In this document: positions 55,680 through 64,000 of the stretch, piece by piece | Position numbering within the stretch: position 1 is the stretch's first letter | How the letters are laid out: every line of letters starts with the position of its first letter | IMG/VR virus record: IMGVR_UViG_3300035698_018280 | Span: 1-64,000 of that record | DNA: 64,000 nucleotides | Direction: 5' to 3' (one strand) | Source: a virus | Translations under genes and position numbers: made by a program | Notes under the pieces: generated by a model | Databases searched by the model: none | Told to the model about the DNA's origin: nothing | The model's input: the letters and a program-made list of their open reading frames with translations, nothing else

Positions 55680-56293
55680 GAGCGAAATGAATCTAACTCT
55701 TTTTTTTCTTTGGCATCCATATACGAATGAAATCTAGGGCCTAGTTTGAAAGGCAAATCCTCAGCCGCCTGTTGTAGCTGGATAACATCTCTGTTCATCA
55801 TTAATCGATCGACCACTTTGAAGAATGAATCACAAACTTCCACCTCTTTAGGATCAAAATCACATTTGCTCATATGATCATGACACAGTTTACTTATATA
55901 AGTTGAGCACATAAGAGAATCGTTGACGATATCTTGACCGCGAGAAATAATAACCTCTCTGGCTCTGGTAACCAGGTGGTCAATTTCGTTATCTACATTG
56001 ATATTCAGCTTCTTACTTAGTCGCTGAATAGTTTCTTTTATTGATATATTCTCATACTCAGAAATGAATTGAATAATGCCTCCGCCTGACTTGCAGCCAA
56101 AACACCAGTAATCCTCATGATCTCCTTTTGAGAATGTGTAGAACGACGGATGGGAATCAGTCCCGTGACCAGGCAGCGGACACAAGTAAACTTTACGATC
56201 CATGGTATTTCGACGCGGACTAACACCTTTCTCAGCAAGATAATCTGAGATGCTATAAGATTTACTAATTAGGTCAATTGCATACGAACTCAT
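55667..56293 (-). CDS. Stand-alone primase zinc-binding (CHC2) domain protein
   Basis: CPLPGH..DSHPSF...YWCFGCKSGG.IIQF...ENIS..E.I..L, followed by a helical tail and no Toprim domain. Confidence 0.85.
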   Translation of the reverse strand: MSSYAIDLISKSYSISDYLAEKGVSPRRNTMDRKVYLCPLPGHGTDSHPSFYTFSKGDHEDYWCFGCKSGGGIIQFISEYENISIKETIQRLSKKLNINVDNEIDHLVTRAREVIISRGQDIVNDSLMCSTYISKLCHDHMSKCDFDPKEVEVCDSFFKVVDRLMMNRDVIQLQQAAEDLPFKLGPRFHSYMDAKEKKELDSFRSWDI

Positions 56294-57867
56294 AAATCGT
56301 CAAAATCTTCAAAGACAACTCGGCCTTTACCGCCTGATTTTTCTTTCTTTGGTTTTTCAACCTTGATTGATGAAACTGGTTTAGAATCGCTACTCTCGCA
56401 TACGTCTAAATCAAGATCATATTCGACCGTAGTACCTTCTGCTTTTTTAATAACAGGATCGTCATTATCATCTCCCCAATCAGCATCGCTAGCTCCAGTA
56501 ATACGACAAATGTCAGGAGTAACATCAAGAATAGCTCTTGTAGAACCAGCAAATTCTTTCTTACCATATCTTGCCTTGATGCAAAATACTTGCAACTGGT
56601 TCCGCTGTTGTGTAGGACTAGGAACTAGAGCGTAGATGTTGTCTGCATCTGCAGAGAAATCATGCGAACCTCGAAGGTCTTCTGAACCGACAGTCTGCTT
56701 GCCTTCTTTCTGGGAGCGGAGTCTCTTGATCGCATCTCTACCAAGCTGAGCAGCGGAAAGAATAGCGAACCCGTGCTTACGTCCAAGCTGTCGAAGATCC
56801 TTACACATATGGCCGACCCATTCGTGGGACTTCTGGTTAGCGTATGATCTCTCTGGCGAAAGGATCGAGATATAGTCAATGACGACGAGCCTTGGCTTGA
56901 AGAAACCAGCCTCCCTCTCGATCCTTGCCTTGATTGCAGAAACAGTCAGGCGTTCCTCTGTATCTTCAATACAGAATCTCATAGGACGATCATCAAACTT
57001 AACCCATTCTCCCCGAATACGATCAATCTCCCCATCGGTCAGTAGCTCGGGCCTGTTGATATGATCATTCGTAACACCAGTTTCGCATGAGATGATCTTG
57101 TTCTGAAGCATTCGCTTTGGCATTTCAAGGCTTACAAACAAAACATCTTTCTGAGATCGAAGATAAACATTCAAAGCGATGTTAATCATCATTGTTGTTT
57201 TGAAGCCGCCGACATCTGCGACCATCAAAGTCAGAGATCCAGGAGGCATGCCAACAACCATCGATTCGTCAAGATCACTTATACCTGTAAGAAGACGTTC
57301 TGAAGGATTGTCTTTCTCTTGAAGAAGCTCTCTTAGAAAGTCTCCGCCTTCTTCGTCTAGGAACGACCAAGTAGATGAAGACTTCGAACCATCAACTCTC
57401 AGCTTGTCTAGCCCCTCGGCAAGGCTACTGACAGCGCCCATATAATTCTTCTTAGCATCTTGCTCAAAAGAATCGAACAGACCATTGAAACTTTCTCTGG
57501 CATGCATCTCCTGAATGCGACCCAAGTATACTTCTATGTCATCGCCAGATGCTCGCTGCATCTGAGAGACATTAGCAAACATGCCGTTTTCTTTAAGAAG
57601 CGCCTGCTTTGGTTTGTCTACGGCCTTTCGGCCCGTCCATTTAGCGTACTCGCCGCTTGCTATGGCCTTCTCGATGAAGTCTCCATAGCCAATGCCGGTC
57701 AGCCTGCCGTTCCTCTGATGAACATTGTAAATGGCATGTAATAGCGGTCGAAACTGAACATCAAAAAAGTCAGGATCAATCTTCTCATCTTGCAATCTAC
57801 TAACAAGCGTTGGCTCATTGAGCAGTAGGTATAAAATCTTCTCTTGACATGCGGATTTTTCTCTCAT
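56290..57867 (-). CDS. dnaB: Replicative DnaB-like helicase
   Basis: TGISDLD, ADVGGFKT, LFVSLEM, VVIDYI, SAAQLGR, DLRGS...DAD and KARYG motifs. Confidence 0.9.
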   Translation of the reverse strand: MREKSACQEKILYLLLNEPTLVSRLQDEKIDPDFFDVQFRPLLHAIYNVHQRNGRLTGIGYGDFIEKAIASGEYAKWTGRKAVDKPKQALLKENGMFANVSQMQRASGDDIEVYLGRIQEMHARESFNGLFDSFEQDAKKNYMGAVSSLAEGLDKLRVDGSKSSSTWSFLDEEGGDFLRELLQEKDNPSERLLTGISDLDESMVVGMPPGSLTLMVADVGGFKTTMMINIALNVYLRSQKDVLFVSLEMPKRMLQNKIISCETGVTNDHINRPELLTDGEIDRIRGEWVKFDDRPMRFCIEDTEERLTVSAIKARIEREAGFFKPRLVVIDYISILSPERSYANQKSHEWVGHMCKDLRQLGRKHGFAILSAAQLGRDAIKRLRSQKEGKQTVGSEDLRGSHDFSADADNIYALVPSPTQQRNQLQVFCIKARYGKKEFAGSTRAILDVTPDICRITGASDADWGDDNDDPVIKKAEGTTVEYDLDLDVCESSDSKPVSSIKVEKPKKEKSGGKGRVVFEDFDDL

Positions 57868-58676
57868 TAAACTTTGATCCTATATGTATTTTCATCATTA
57901 AATAGCTTTTGAAAAGCAAGACCCATTCGCTCTTCAACTGAAATCTTTTCTACGTCAAATTCGCAAACCAGGATCGTTGGTTTACGTTCATTGATTCTCT
58001 CAATCAAAAACGTATCAAAAAGTTCTCTTGTCCACATCTCCGAACGACTGCCTTTTCCTTTGTCTATTTCTGTAACATCATCAATAACCAACCAATCAGA
58101 ATCTTGGATATCATATAATTGATCGCTTCTATCTTTTAGTATTTGTCTGAGATTAATAAATGAAACCCAATCATAGTTCCATACTTTACTTTCAGGATAT
58201 TTCTTGCGATATATAGCATCGATCATGATAGTTGCTGCAAGAAGACTTTTACCAGATTGCTGATGTTTTCTTGTGCGACGACCATTGTTGTTTTCAATAC
58301 GAGTTGATTCGCCATGAATAACAACACAAGCTCCCTGCTTAAACCTATTGTTCAATACAGAAAGTTTATTCAGTTCTAATCGATCCGTTTCAGTAACACG
58401 ATCCAGGCCATATAGGTATTTATTTAAAGTTTCTCTAACTTCTTTTACAGTGCTTGCATCGATCCGGCGTTCGCCGCCTTTGTCAACGCCTGTGAAATCA
58501 TGTATAGTAGCGTTTCTTAATTTTTGTGGAATAAGAGAGTAAATGAGAGCATGGATTTCTCCCATCTTTTTGCAAACGCAACCGTCCTCTCTAGAACACT
58601 CGCCTTCACTAAATACAGAGCAATCAGACTGAAACCTCTGCGTAAATATATTGATCTCGTTACTGAGGTCTCGCAT
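57867..58676 (-). CDS. DnaC/IstB-like AAA+ helicase loader
   Basis: N-terminal Cys cluster, IPQKLRNATIHDF, SGKSLLA, WLVIDDV and R...RKPTI motifs. Confidence 0.75.
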   Translation of the reverse strand: MRDLSNEINIFTQRFQSDCSVFSEGECSREDGCVCKKMGEIHALIYSLIPQKLRNATIHDFTGVDKGGERRIDASTVKEVRETLNKYLYGLDRVTETDRLELNKLSVLNNRFKQGACVVIHGESTRIENNNGRRTRKHQQSGKSLLAATIMIDAIYRKKYPESKVWNYDWVSFINLRQILKDRSDQLYDIQDSDWLVIDDVTEIDKGKGSRSEMWTRELFDTFLIERINERKPTILVCEFDVEKISVEERMGLAFQKLFNDENTYRIKV

Positions 58677-58719
58677 ATCAACCCTTCGACTTTTGGGGAT
58701 TTAAAAACGGAAGGATACA

Positions 58720-61700
58720 CTAGTCAATATCAATGTGATCTGCTATTGATGAGCCGCTATGAGCATCATTCTTTCCGATAAGCGGAACGTCAGGCTGCCC
58801 ATCGCCGTCTACATCAGTATTAGCAAAAACGCAGTTCTGTTTTGCCCATGCCCTCATCTCAGAAAGTTCTGTTTTACGAATTTCAGATAAGGGTTTCATA
58901 TTGCTTACAGAATCAAGTATATCTTTTGTTCTTAGCTTTCGTTTTTTAGATTTGAAAGCAATAAACATTCCTGCATCTATAGCTTTTTCAATTTCTGCGC
59001 CGCTATAACCGTTAGTCTTCTCAGAAAGTTTTTCAATATCAAACTTTTTAGGATCTAATTTCTGTTTCTTCAATAGAATATCAAAGATTTGCTTGCGTCC
59101 TTCAAGACCAGGTAAATCAATCCAAAACACTTCATCAAATCTTCCTGCTCGCATAAATTCGGGCGGAATATCTAACACGTTATTGGCAGTAGTAACTACA
59201 AAAACAGGTTTTGTTTTTTCTTGCAGCCATGTCAGGAATGTAGAGATTACTCGCTTTGTCGTACCAGAATCCCCCGAGCCTGCGCCAACGCCGCCCGACA
59301 ACCCTTTCTCAATCTCATCGCACCAAAGAACGCAGTTGTGACAAAGAATTTCATTAGCAACAAAGTTATGGTTTCCTTCGCATGCCAGATCGTAAGCCCA
59401 CTTAGTTCCGACCTCTTCAATCTTTGTAACTTTCATACCAACAAGATCGCAACATATAAGATCAACAATAGAATCTTTAGTTACCTGGTTATTTTGAGTT
59501 CCATTTTTGTTACTAAGCGTCTCGGCAATAGCCCATGCTTTTATAAACGGTACTATAGAACCTTTTTCATAGTGAGTCATTGACTGAGAAGCAATAGGGA
59601 AATCATTTTTAGTAAGACCGTAGAAGATTCTCTCTTTCAAGAGAGAATTTCCAAGCTTATACCCAATGCTGCGATTTTCTTTACCAAATTTATTGCTGAC
59701 TATATAGGCAAGATCAGTCGAAAGACTATCTACTTTTAGGTCCATAGCAATAGCCAATGCCTCGATATCGTCGGCATTCTCGATAGATATCTCCATGCCC
59801 CTAGCAGGCTCCTTATAAGATATTACGCCAAAAATATGAATCGCTTTTCTAATCCGCATTCTATATACGGGATCAGTTGATTGTAATTTAAATATAATCT
59901 TCGATTTGTTATCATTCTCAATAATTTCGCCAGAAGTATCAAACATACCGCTCAAAAAATTGCGAACGTACTCGTCTTCTTGCGCAAATAATTCATCTCT
60001 AGCATGATTGAGAATATCAGCTACAATTTTATTACTTACCTTGATATTATAACCGCATGATGTTTTTTCAAGGGCTGGTTCAACCCCGAACATGTCAGCC
60101 ATTGCATTGACAATAAGATACGACTTATCCAGTGTGCCCGCCTTGAAATGAACCTCTCCTTTAGAGATATCAATCCAGCCACATCCGTGAATAGCACCAA
60201 CAAGATAATAGACTAAACAGCGGTTGAATCCGCTCAACAAAGTTACATCATGATATTCGCCTTCGAATTTACCAGCAATTTTATTACAACCGTTTTTATC
60301 TCCTGGTTTAAAAGTGTCATAAGGAATAGAGATAGCTTCTTTCCAGTTTGTCTCTCGCCCTCGACGCATAAAATACTTAGGCGTCATAACTAAATCGCCC
60401 TTTTCAATATCTTTAGCTTCAACCCATTTGAGATCGCCATCTCGATTAACCATAATCTTATGATCTTTAGTAACTTCAATGGAAGTCGTTGCTGTTTTAA
60501 TTCGGATCATCGCTTTTTTCTTGGCGTGTCTAATAACTGTTCGAACCCGAGTCGGTTCCATCTTCTTTTGTTCTTCATTGAATGCATAAATAAATAGCTC
60601 TTCTTTACTAAACAGCCTCTTATCATCTGCAAGATCAGAAATTCTGTGTTGTACGCCATCTATATCATAGATAATTGAATCACCGGATACGCATGGAGCA
60701 ATAGTCTCAGCCAACTTGATAGCAGCACGGGCTGTTTTTTCAGACTCGCCAACCAGCGAATCAAACATACGGCCAAAATCGAGACGAAGCAGAGGCATAC
60801 CGTAATCCTTAGCAATTGCTTTTGCCGTTAGACTCTTTCCTCCGCCAGGCACACCAAGCAGCATGACTCCTTTAGGCATTTTCAAACCGTATTCCTGCGC
60901 CTCATGAGAAAAGGCCAGTTTGCGATCATGGAGCCAACCTATCATATTGTCCAAACCGCCGACATCCGCAAGAGAAACATTTGGATCTACATATTCAAGG
61001 ATGTCTGTCTTGCGAATTATCGATCTTTTTTCCTTCATCAATATTTCTAAATCAAACGGATTATGACCAAGCTGGTTAGCCATAACCATTGATTTGAAAA
61101 ATGCGGCTTGCGCTTCTGTGAGAGTTAGTCCCTTTACCGAATTGACCAGGTCTTCTCGATTTTCTTCTACATATTTTATTACATCAGGACAATGAGGAAA
61201 GGCGTTTTTATTGTCCCCAATAAGCGAAACAGCTTCATCAAGAATTTCATTAACCTCGTATTCATTCGGATATGGAAAATCAAGTGCAGCCATATCTTTG
61301 TCGAGAGACGCTGTGCTTGTGAAAGAAGGCCCTGTTAGTATGACGCTAGCAGCCTTAGACTCAGACGAAAGGTACTTCAAACGCCGCTGGATGGCAGGTG
61401 CAGGCGGTTTCAAATAACGATAGAAATCCAACAGGACATACAAATTGCCGTTGCTCGGTTTAGCATTAGTCGAAGAAGATTCTGCCTTGTTCTTATTTTT
61501 TCTCTTGTTGATTTGAAATTTTTCAATTTGATCTATAACAAAATTGAGTGTAGTTTCAGGATTAGTGAAATCAATTTTATTGTTGCCGTCTACGTTGACA
61601 GGCTGACGACCATCGAGATGCCGTAAACCTTTATAACAATCCCAAACATATCCAACGTAATTGCGAGCTTCACAAAGATTTTCAACGTGAGCCAGGAATC

Positions 61701-61824
61701 TCTTCTCTTCATTTGTAGAAACAAAGATCAGAGGTTGGCGACTTTTGATAAGTGCCAGTAAACCATTATTGAACTCAGGTGTTGCGCATAATGAAAATAA
61801 CTTCTCTGCTTCGATATTTGACAC
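58720..61824 (-). CDS. Ycf46-type AAA+ ATPase (581 aa after splicing) containing an intein
   Basis: EEKR, DVGGL, PKGVMLLGVPGGGKSL, LLRLD.G...SLVGESE, AP|intein|CVLWCDEIEK, TWLQE and PPEFMRAGRFDE motifs. Confidence 0.9.
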   Translation of the reverse strand: MSNIEAEKLFSLCATPEFNNGLLALIKSRQPLIFVSTNEEKRFLAHVENLCEARNYVGYVWDCYKGLRHLDGRQPVNVDGNNKIDFTNPETTLNFVIDQIEKFQINKRKNKNKAESSSTNAKPSNGNLYVLLDFYRYLKPPAPAIQRRLKYLSSESKAASVILTGPSFTSTASLDKDMAALDFPYPNEYEVNEILDEAVSLIGDNKNAFPHCPDVIKYVEENREDLVNSVKGLTLTEAQAAFFKSMVMANQLGHNPFDLEILMKEKRSIIRKTDILEYVDPNVSLADVGGLDNMIGWLHDRKLAFSHEAQEYGLKMPKGVMLLGVPGGGKSLTAKAIAKDYGMPLLRLDFGRMFDSLVGESEKTARAAIKLAETIAPCVSGDSIIYDIDGVQHRISDLADDKRLFSKEELFIYAFNEEQKKMEPTRVRTVIRHAKKKAMIRIKTATTSIEVTKDHKIMVNRDGDLKWVEAKDIEKGDLVMTPKYFMRRGRETNWKEAISIPYDTFKPGDKNGCNKIAGKFEGEYHDVTLLSGFNRCLVYYLVGAIHGCGWIDISKGEVHFKAGTLDKSYLIVNAMADMFGVEPALEKTSCGYNIKVSNKIVADILNHARDELFAQEDEYVRNFLSGMFDTSGEIIENDNKSKIIFKLQSTDPVYRMRIRKAIHIFGVISYKEPARGMEISIENADDIEALAIAMDLKVDSLSTDLAYIVSNKFGKENRSIGYKLGNSLLKERIFYGLTKNDFPIASQSMTHYEKGSIVPFIKAWAIAETLSNKNGTQNNQVTKDSIVDLICCDLVGMKVTKIEEVGTKWAYDLACEGNHNFVANEILCHNCVLWCDEIEKGLSGGVGAGSGDSGTTKRVISTFLTWLQEKTKPVFVVTTANNVLDIPPEFMRAGRFDEVFWIDLPGLEGRKQIFDILLKKQKLDPKKFDIEKLSEKTNGYSGAEIEKAIDAGMFIAFKSKKRKLRTKDILDSVSNMKPLSEIRKTELSEMRAWAKQNCVFANTDVDGDGQPDVPLIGKNDAHSGSSIADHIDID
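59335..60693 (-). mobile_element. Cis-splicing intein (453 aa) with a degenerate LAGLIDADG domain
   Basis: CVSGDS (block A), EVTKDHKI (block B) and AYDL...HNFVANEILCHN|C (blocks F/G). Endonuclease-like blocks YLVGAIHGCG and FLSGMFDTSG. Confidence 0.92.
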
Positions 61825-61863
61825 TATCTACTCCGTCCATTGTTACGTCTTGTTCCAATATTA

Positions 61864-61915
61864 TATCGGATTTAGCAGCACAAATACAAATCAATCTGTT
61901 TTTAGATATTATCGT
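61864..61915 (-). promoter_or_regulatory. Two CGATA motifs (CCGATATAAT with core 61864-61869; ACGATAATAT with core 61910-61915) upstream of the AAA ATPase-dnaC-dnaB operon
   Basis: Seen directly in a 154-nt AT-rich gap; the downstream copy overlaps a TATAAT. Confidence 0.45.
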
Positions 61916-61978
61916 ACTTAGTTGCATGTGTAAAATCATCTATGTGCAACCATAGAACAGTAGTTATGGTATTGCTTA

Positions 61979-62815
61979 TTATTTTAGAAAGCTAAATCTA
62001 TCAGATGCATCAGAGAATCTTGTGTTTATAATGTCAAAGAATTCTCCAGTTTCTACTGAAAGCTCTTTTTTTAAGTCACCAACAGAAAAATTACACCAAA
62101 CAGGATATGGATTATGTTTCTCTGTAGCCTCTACTAGTTTATTATAAAATCCTTTATTGACCAACTCAACTGCTTCAGCAATAACGAATGTTTTGGCTTC
62201 TTTCTCAGACATGCCTTTGTTTCGCATAATCCATATTGGCGATAAAACCAGCCCATACCTCAATACAAATTGCGAAACGCTAGATGCGTATACGGCGCTC
62301 ATTGTTGAATCGCTAAAGATGTTTGAATCTTTCAAAACATTGTTAGCGCCAGTCTCTTTTTCTTTGATCTCTACATTTTTTTCATACTGTTCAAAAAAGT
62401 TTACAATATCCATATTCGACATCATAAACTTCATCTTGAAACAATTATAGGTGCTAACAAGATACTCTGCTTTACCGGAAATGAACCAAGTAACATAATC
62501 TTTAATAATAGAGATACTTGCTCTGTAACCAATGTATTCCGAAACTCTATCCTGCAAAACTTTTAAACGCTCGCAGCCAGCAGCAAGTGCGATAATGAAC
62601 TGATCATTCATGTATTCTTCGTATAATTCCATGAAGTAATAGTAGAGGTCTTTGATGCCCCAAAGCGAAACATCTTTCTGGCTGTGATGTATATTACCTT
62701 TGATAGTTTTTGACCACCCACCATTACGATCGCTGATGTCTCCTTTTGTAAGATTTTTCTTACCTTCATTGGTGACACTAACGGCTGCAGACAGTATGTT
62801 TTCAAAATTATCCAT
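61979..62815 (-). CDS. Hypothetical protein (possible replication-associated protein)
   Basis: 278-aa ORF with an AGGA RBS, upstream of the replication operon; no recognised motif. Confidence 0.6.
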   Translation of the reverse strand: MDNFENILSAAVSVTNEGKKNLTKGDISDRNGGWSKTIKGNIHHSQKDVSLWGIKDLYYYFMELYEEYMNDQFIIALAAGCERLKVLQDRVSEYIGYRASISIIKDYVTWFISGKAEYLVSTYNCFKMKFMMSNMDIVNFFEQYEKNVEIKEKETGANNVLKDSNIFSDSTMSAVYASSVSQFVLRYGLVLSPIWIMRNKGMSEKEAKTFVIAEAVELVNKGFYNKLVEATEKHNPYPVWCNFSVGDLKKELSVETGEFFDIINTRFSDASDRFSFLK

Positions 62816-62825
62816 TATTTCCTAT

Positions 62826-63980
62826 CTATGGTAAAGCCACTATAAGATACTCTGTACCAGCAGACTTTTCCTTTGCTCGATACAGATACTTATACTCAAT
62901 TTCATGCATAACAACGCTAGGGCCAAAAGATTCAATACATTGTTTTATTTCTTCCGGGCTAGCCCAACTAGAATCATTATAACTAAAGACCCATGGGCAG
63001 TTAGGGAGCTTGCTAAGAAGCTCTTCAAAACTTTCCCTATAAGTTTTAGACTTAGTAAATCTTTTCTTATTTTTCTCAGAATGCTTCTCGTCATATCCCA
63101 GGAAATCTTCAAAAATCTGGTACATATGAGCATAGTCACTCTGATCTCCGCCGTAGGGAGGATCTATGTAAGCAACATCAAAATCTACAGGATTGGTTTT
63201 GAACAGATCAAGTAGCTCTATAGCATCAAGTTTTGTTGAAACAGAAGTTAGACCATTGCCAAAAGGCATGTCATACGAGTTGATTCTATTGAATGTCATA
63301 TTCTGTCGCTGCAGTCTGTGATTTACTTCTGCAACGACCTGTCCGTTGTTCAGCCGCCCGCCGAGATCGCAGTTGCGCATGACATAGTGCAAAATAGCAA
63401 TAGCTTCTTGCGCAAAGTTTTGAGCAACGTCAATATCATCAGTAGTTTCTGATAGTTTTCCAAAGTTGCGAAATGCTAACGTATGATCGCTGAACATATC
63501 TATTAGCTTTGTTAAATTCTTCTCGCCATCGGGAAGACAATCCCCGTATTGCTTTAGTAAGTTATGACGAGCAACATCCAATCGCTCAGCCTCTTCTTCG
63601 GTAAACCTTTTGCCAGCGTACTTGTCCCGCATGAACGTGTCAACATTGCCTGGATCATTCCAAATGATGTCATGAATCTGTTCTTCGCTTGTATAGTTAC
63701 TATCACCTTCAACCAACGCGGCTGATCCAAGATATGAAAAAGCTAATAGATCGTTAGACCATACAGCAGCGCCCTGCCTCTTCATAAAGTAGCTAACAAA
63801 AGAACTACCAGTAAAAAGATCCAGAGCCTTGCCTCCGTCGAGATTAATATCATGTTTCCTAAGAACGCCTGCAAGATCAGAGATCAACTTACGTTTGTTC
63901 CCTCTGTATGGATTAGTGACGCTTCTTAGCTTGTTCTGAGTATCCAAAACATCGCCTAGCCAATCATCTGTACTGAACAT
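62826..63980 (-). CDS. D12-class DNA adenine methyltransferase (alpha class)
   Basis: PYRGNKRKL, LDLFTGS..VS, SND, AYIDPPY and VFSYN motifs. Confidence 0.88.
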   Translation of the reverse strand: MFSTDDWLGDVLDTQNKLRSVTNPYRGNKRKLISDLAGVLRKHDINLDGGKALDLFTGSSFVSYFMKRQGAAVWSNDLLAFSYLGSAALVEGDSNYTSEEQIHDIIWNDPGNVDTFMRDKYAGKRFTEEEAERLDVARHNLLKQYGDCLPDGEKNLTKLIDMFSDHTLAFRNFGKLSETTDDIDVAQNFAQEAIAILHYVMRNCDLGGRLNNGQVVAEVNHRLQRQNMTFNRINSYDMPFGNGLTSVSTKLDAIELLDLFKTNPVDFDVAYIDPPYGGDQSDYAHMYQIFEDFLGYDEKHSEKNKKRFTKSKTYRESFEELLSKLPNCPWVFSYNDSSWASPEEIKQCIESFGPSVVMHEIEYKYLYRAKEKSAGTEYLIVALP

Positions 63981-64000
63981 ATCATTTGATTCTAAGCTTT

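Noticed and set aside
61921-61970. Imperfect inverted repeats (GTTGCA...TGCAAC and ACCATA...TATGGT) as an origin or terminator
   Set aside because: The perfect arms are only 6 bp, with no U-tract or iterons, so they could arise by chance.
1119-63215. Numerous short plus-strand and nested alternative-frame ORFs in the track
   Set aside because: They lie within or opposite well-supported minus-strand genes and have no recognisable motifs, so they are treated as shadows.
1-64000. Stop-codon reassignment, tRNA or rRNA genes
   Set aside because: Genes are full length and densely packed in the standard code, with TAA, TAG and TGA all used as stops. The few intergenic gaps show no cloverleaf or rRNA-like sequence.

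Overview
The window reads as part of a large (jumbo or huge) bacteriophage genome. About 85 tightly packed genes lie on the minus strand and only one is on the plus strand. There are no rRNA, tRNA or ribosomal-protein genes, and no virion structural genes that I can recognise, so the phage assignment is inferred from gene content. Left part (about 2.0-35.6 kb): a 44-ORF glycan biosynthesis and modification cluster. It holds about 20 glycosyltransferase-like genes (GT-A, GT-B, GT-D, and five Maf/DUF115-like), nine SAM methyltransferases, two short UDP-glucose dehydrogenases, an epimerase, a KdsB-like enzyme, and a NeuB/NeuA/KdsC-like nonulosonate pathway, with no recognisable export or polymerase membrane proteins. 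Right part (about 36-64 kb): a replication and recombination module with UvrD, Gam-like, SpoVS-like, Cas4-like nuclease, primase core, RecA, gp32-like SSB, two-gene DnaE, primase zinc finger, DnaB, DnaC-like loader, an intein-containing Ycf46-type AAA ATPase and four orphan DNA methyltransferases. The most notable observations are: (1) a UDP-glucose dehydrogenase gene fractured at its catalytic cysteine by a naturally split intein, with a free-standing PD-(D/E)XK endonuclease gene between the halves; (2) an intein-less split DnaE whose two halves carry overlapping, complementarily degenerate copies of the palm segment; (3) a primase whose zinc-binding and catalytic domains are separate genes about 12 kb apart; and (4) the scale of the glycosylation and nonulosonate system. 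All family calls come from motif recognition by eye; no database searches were run.
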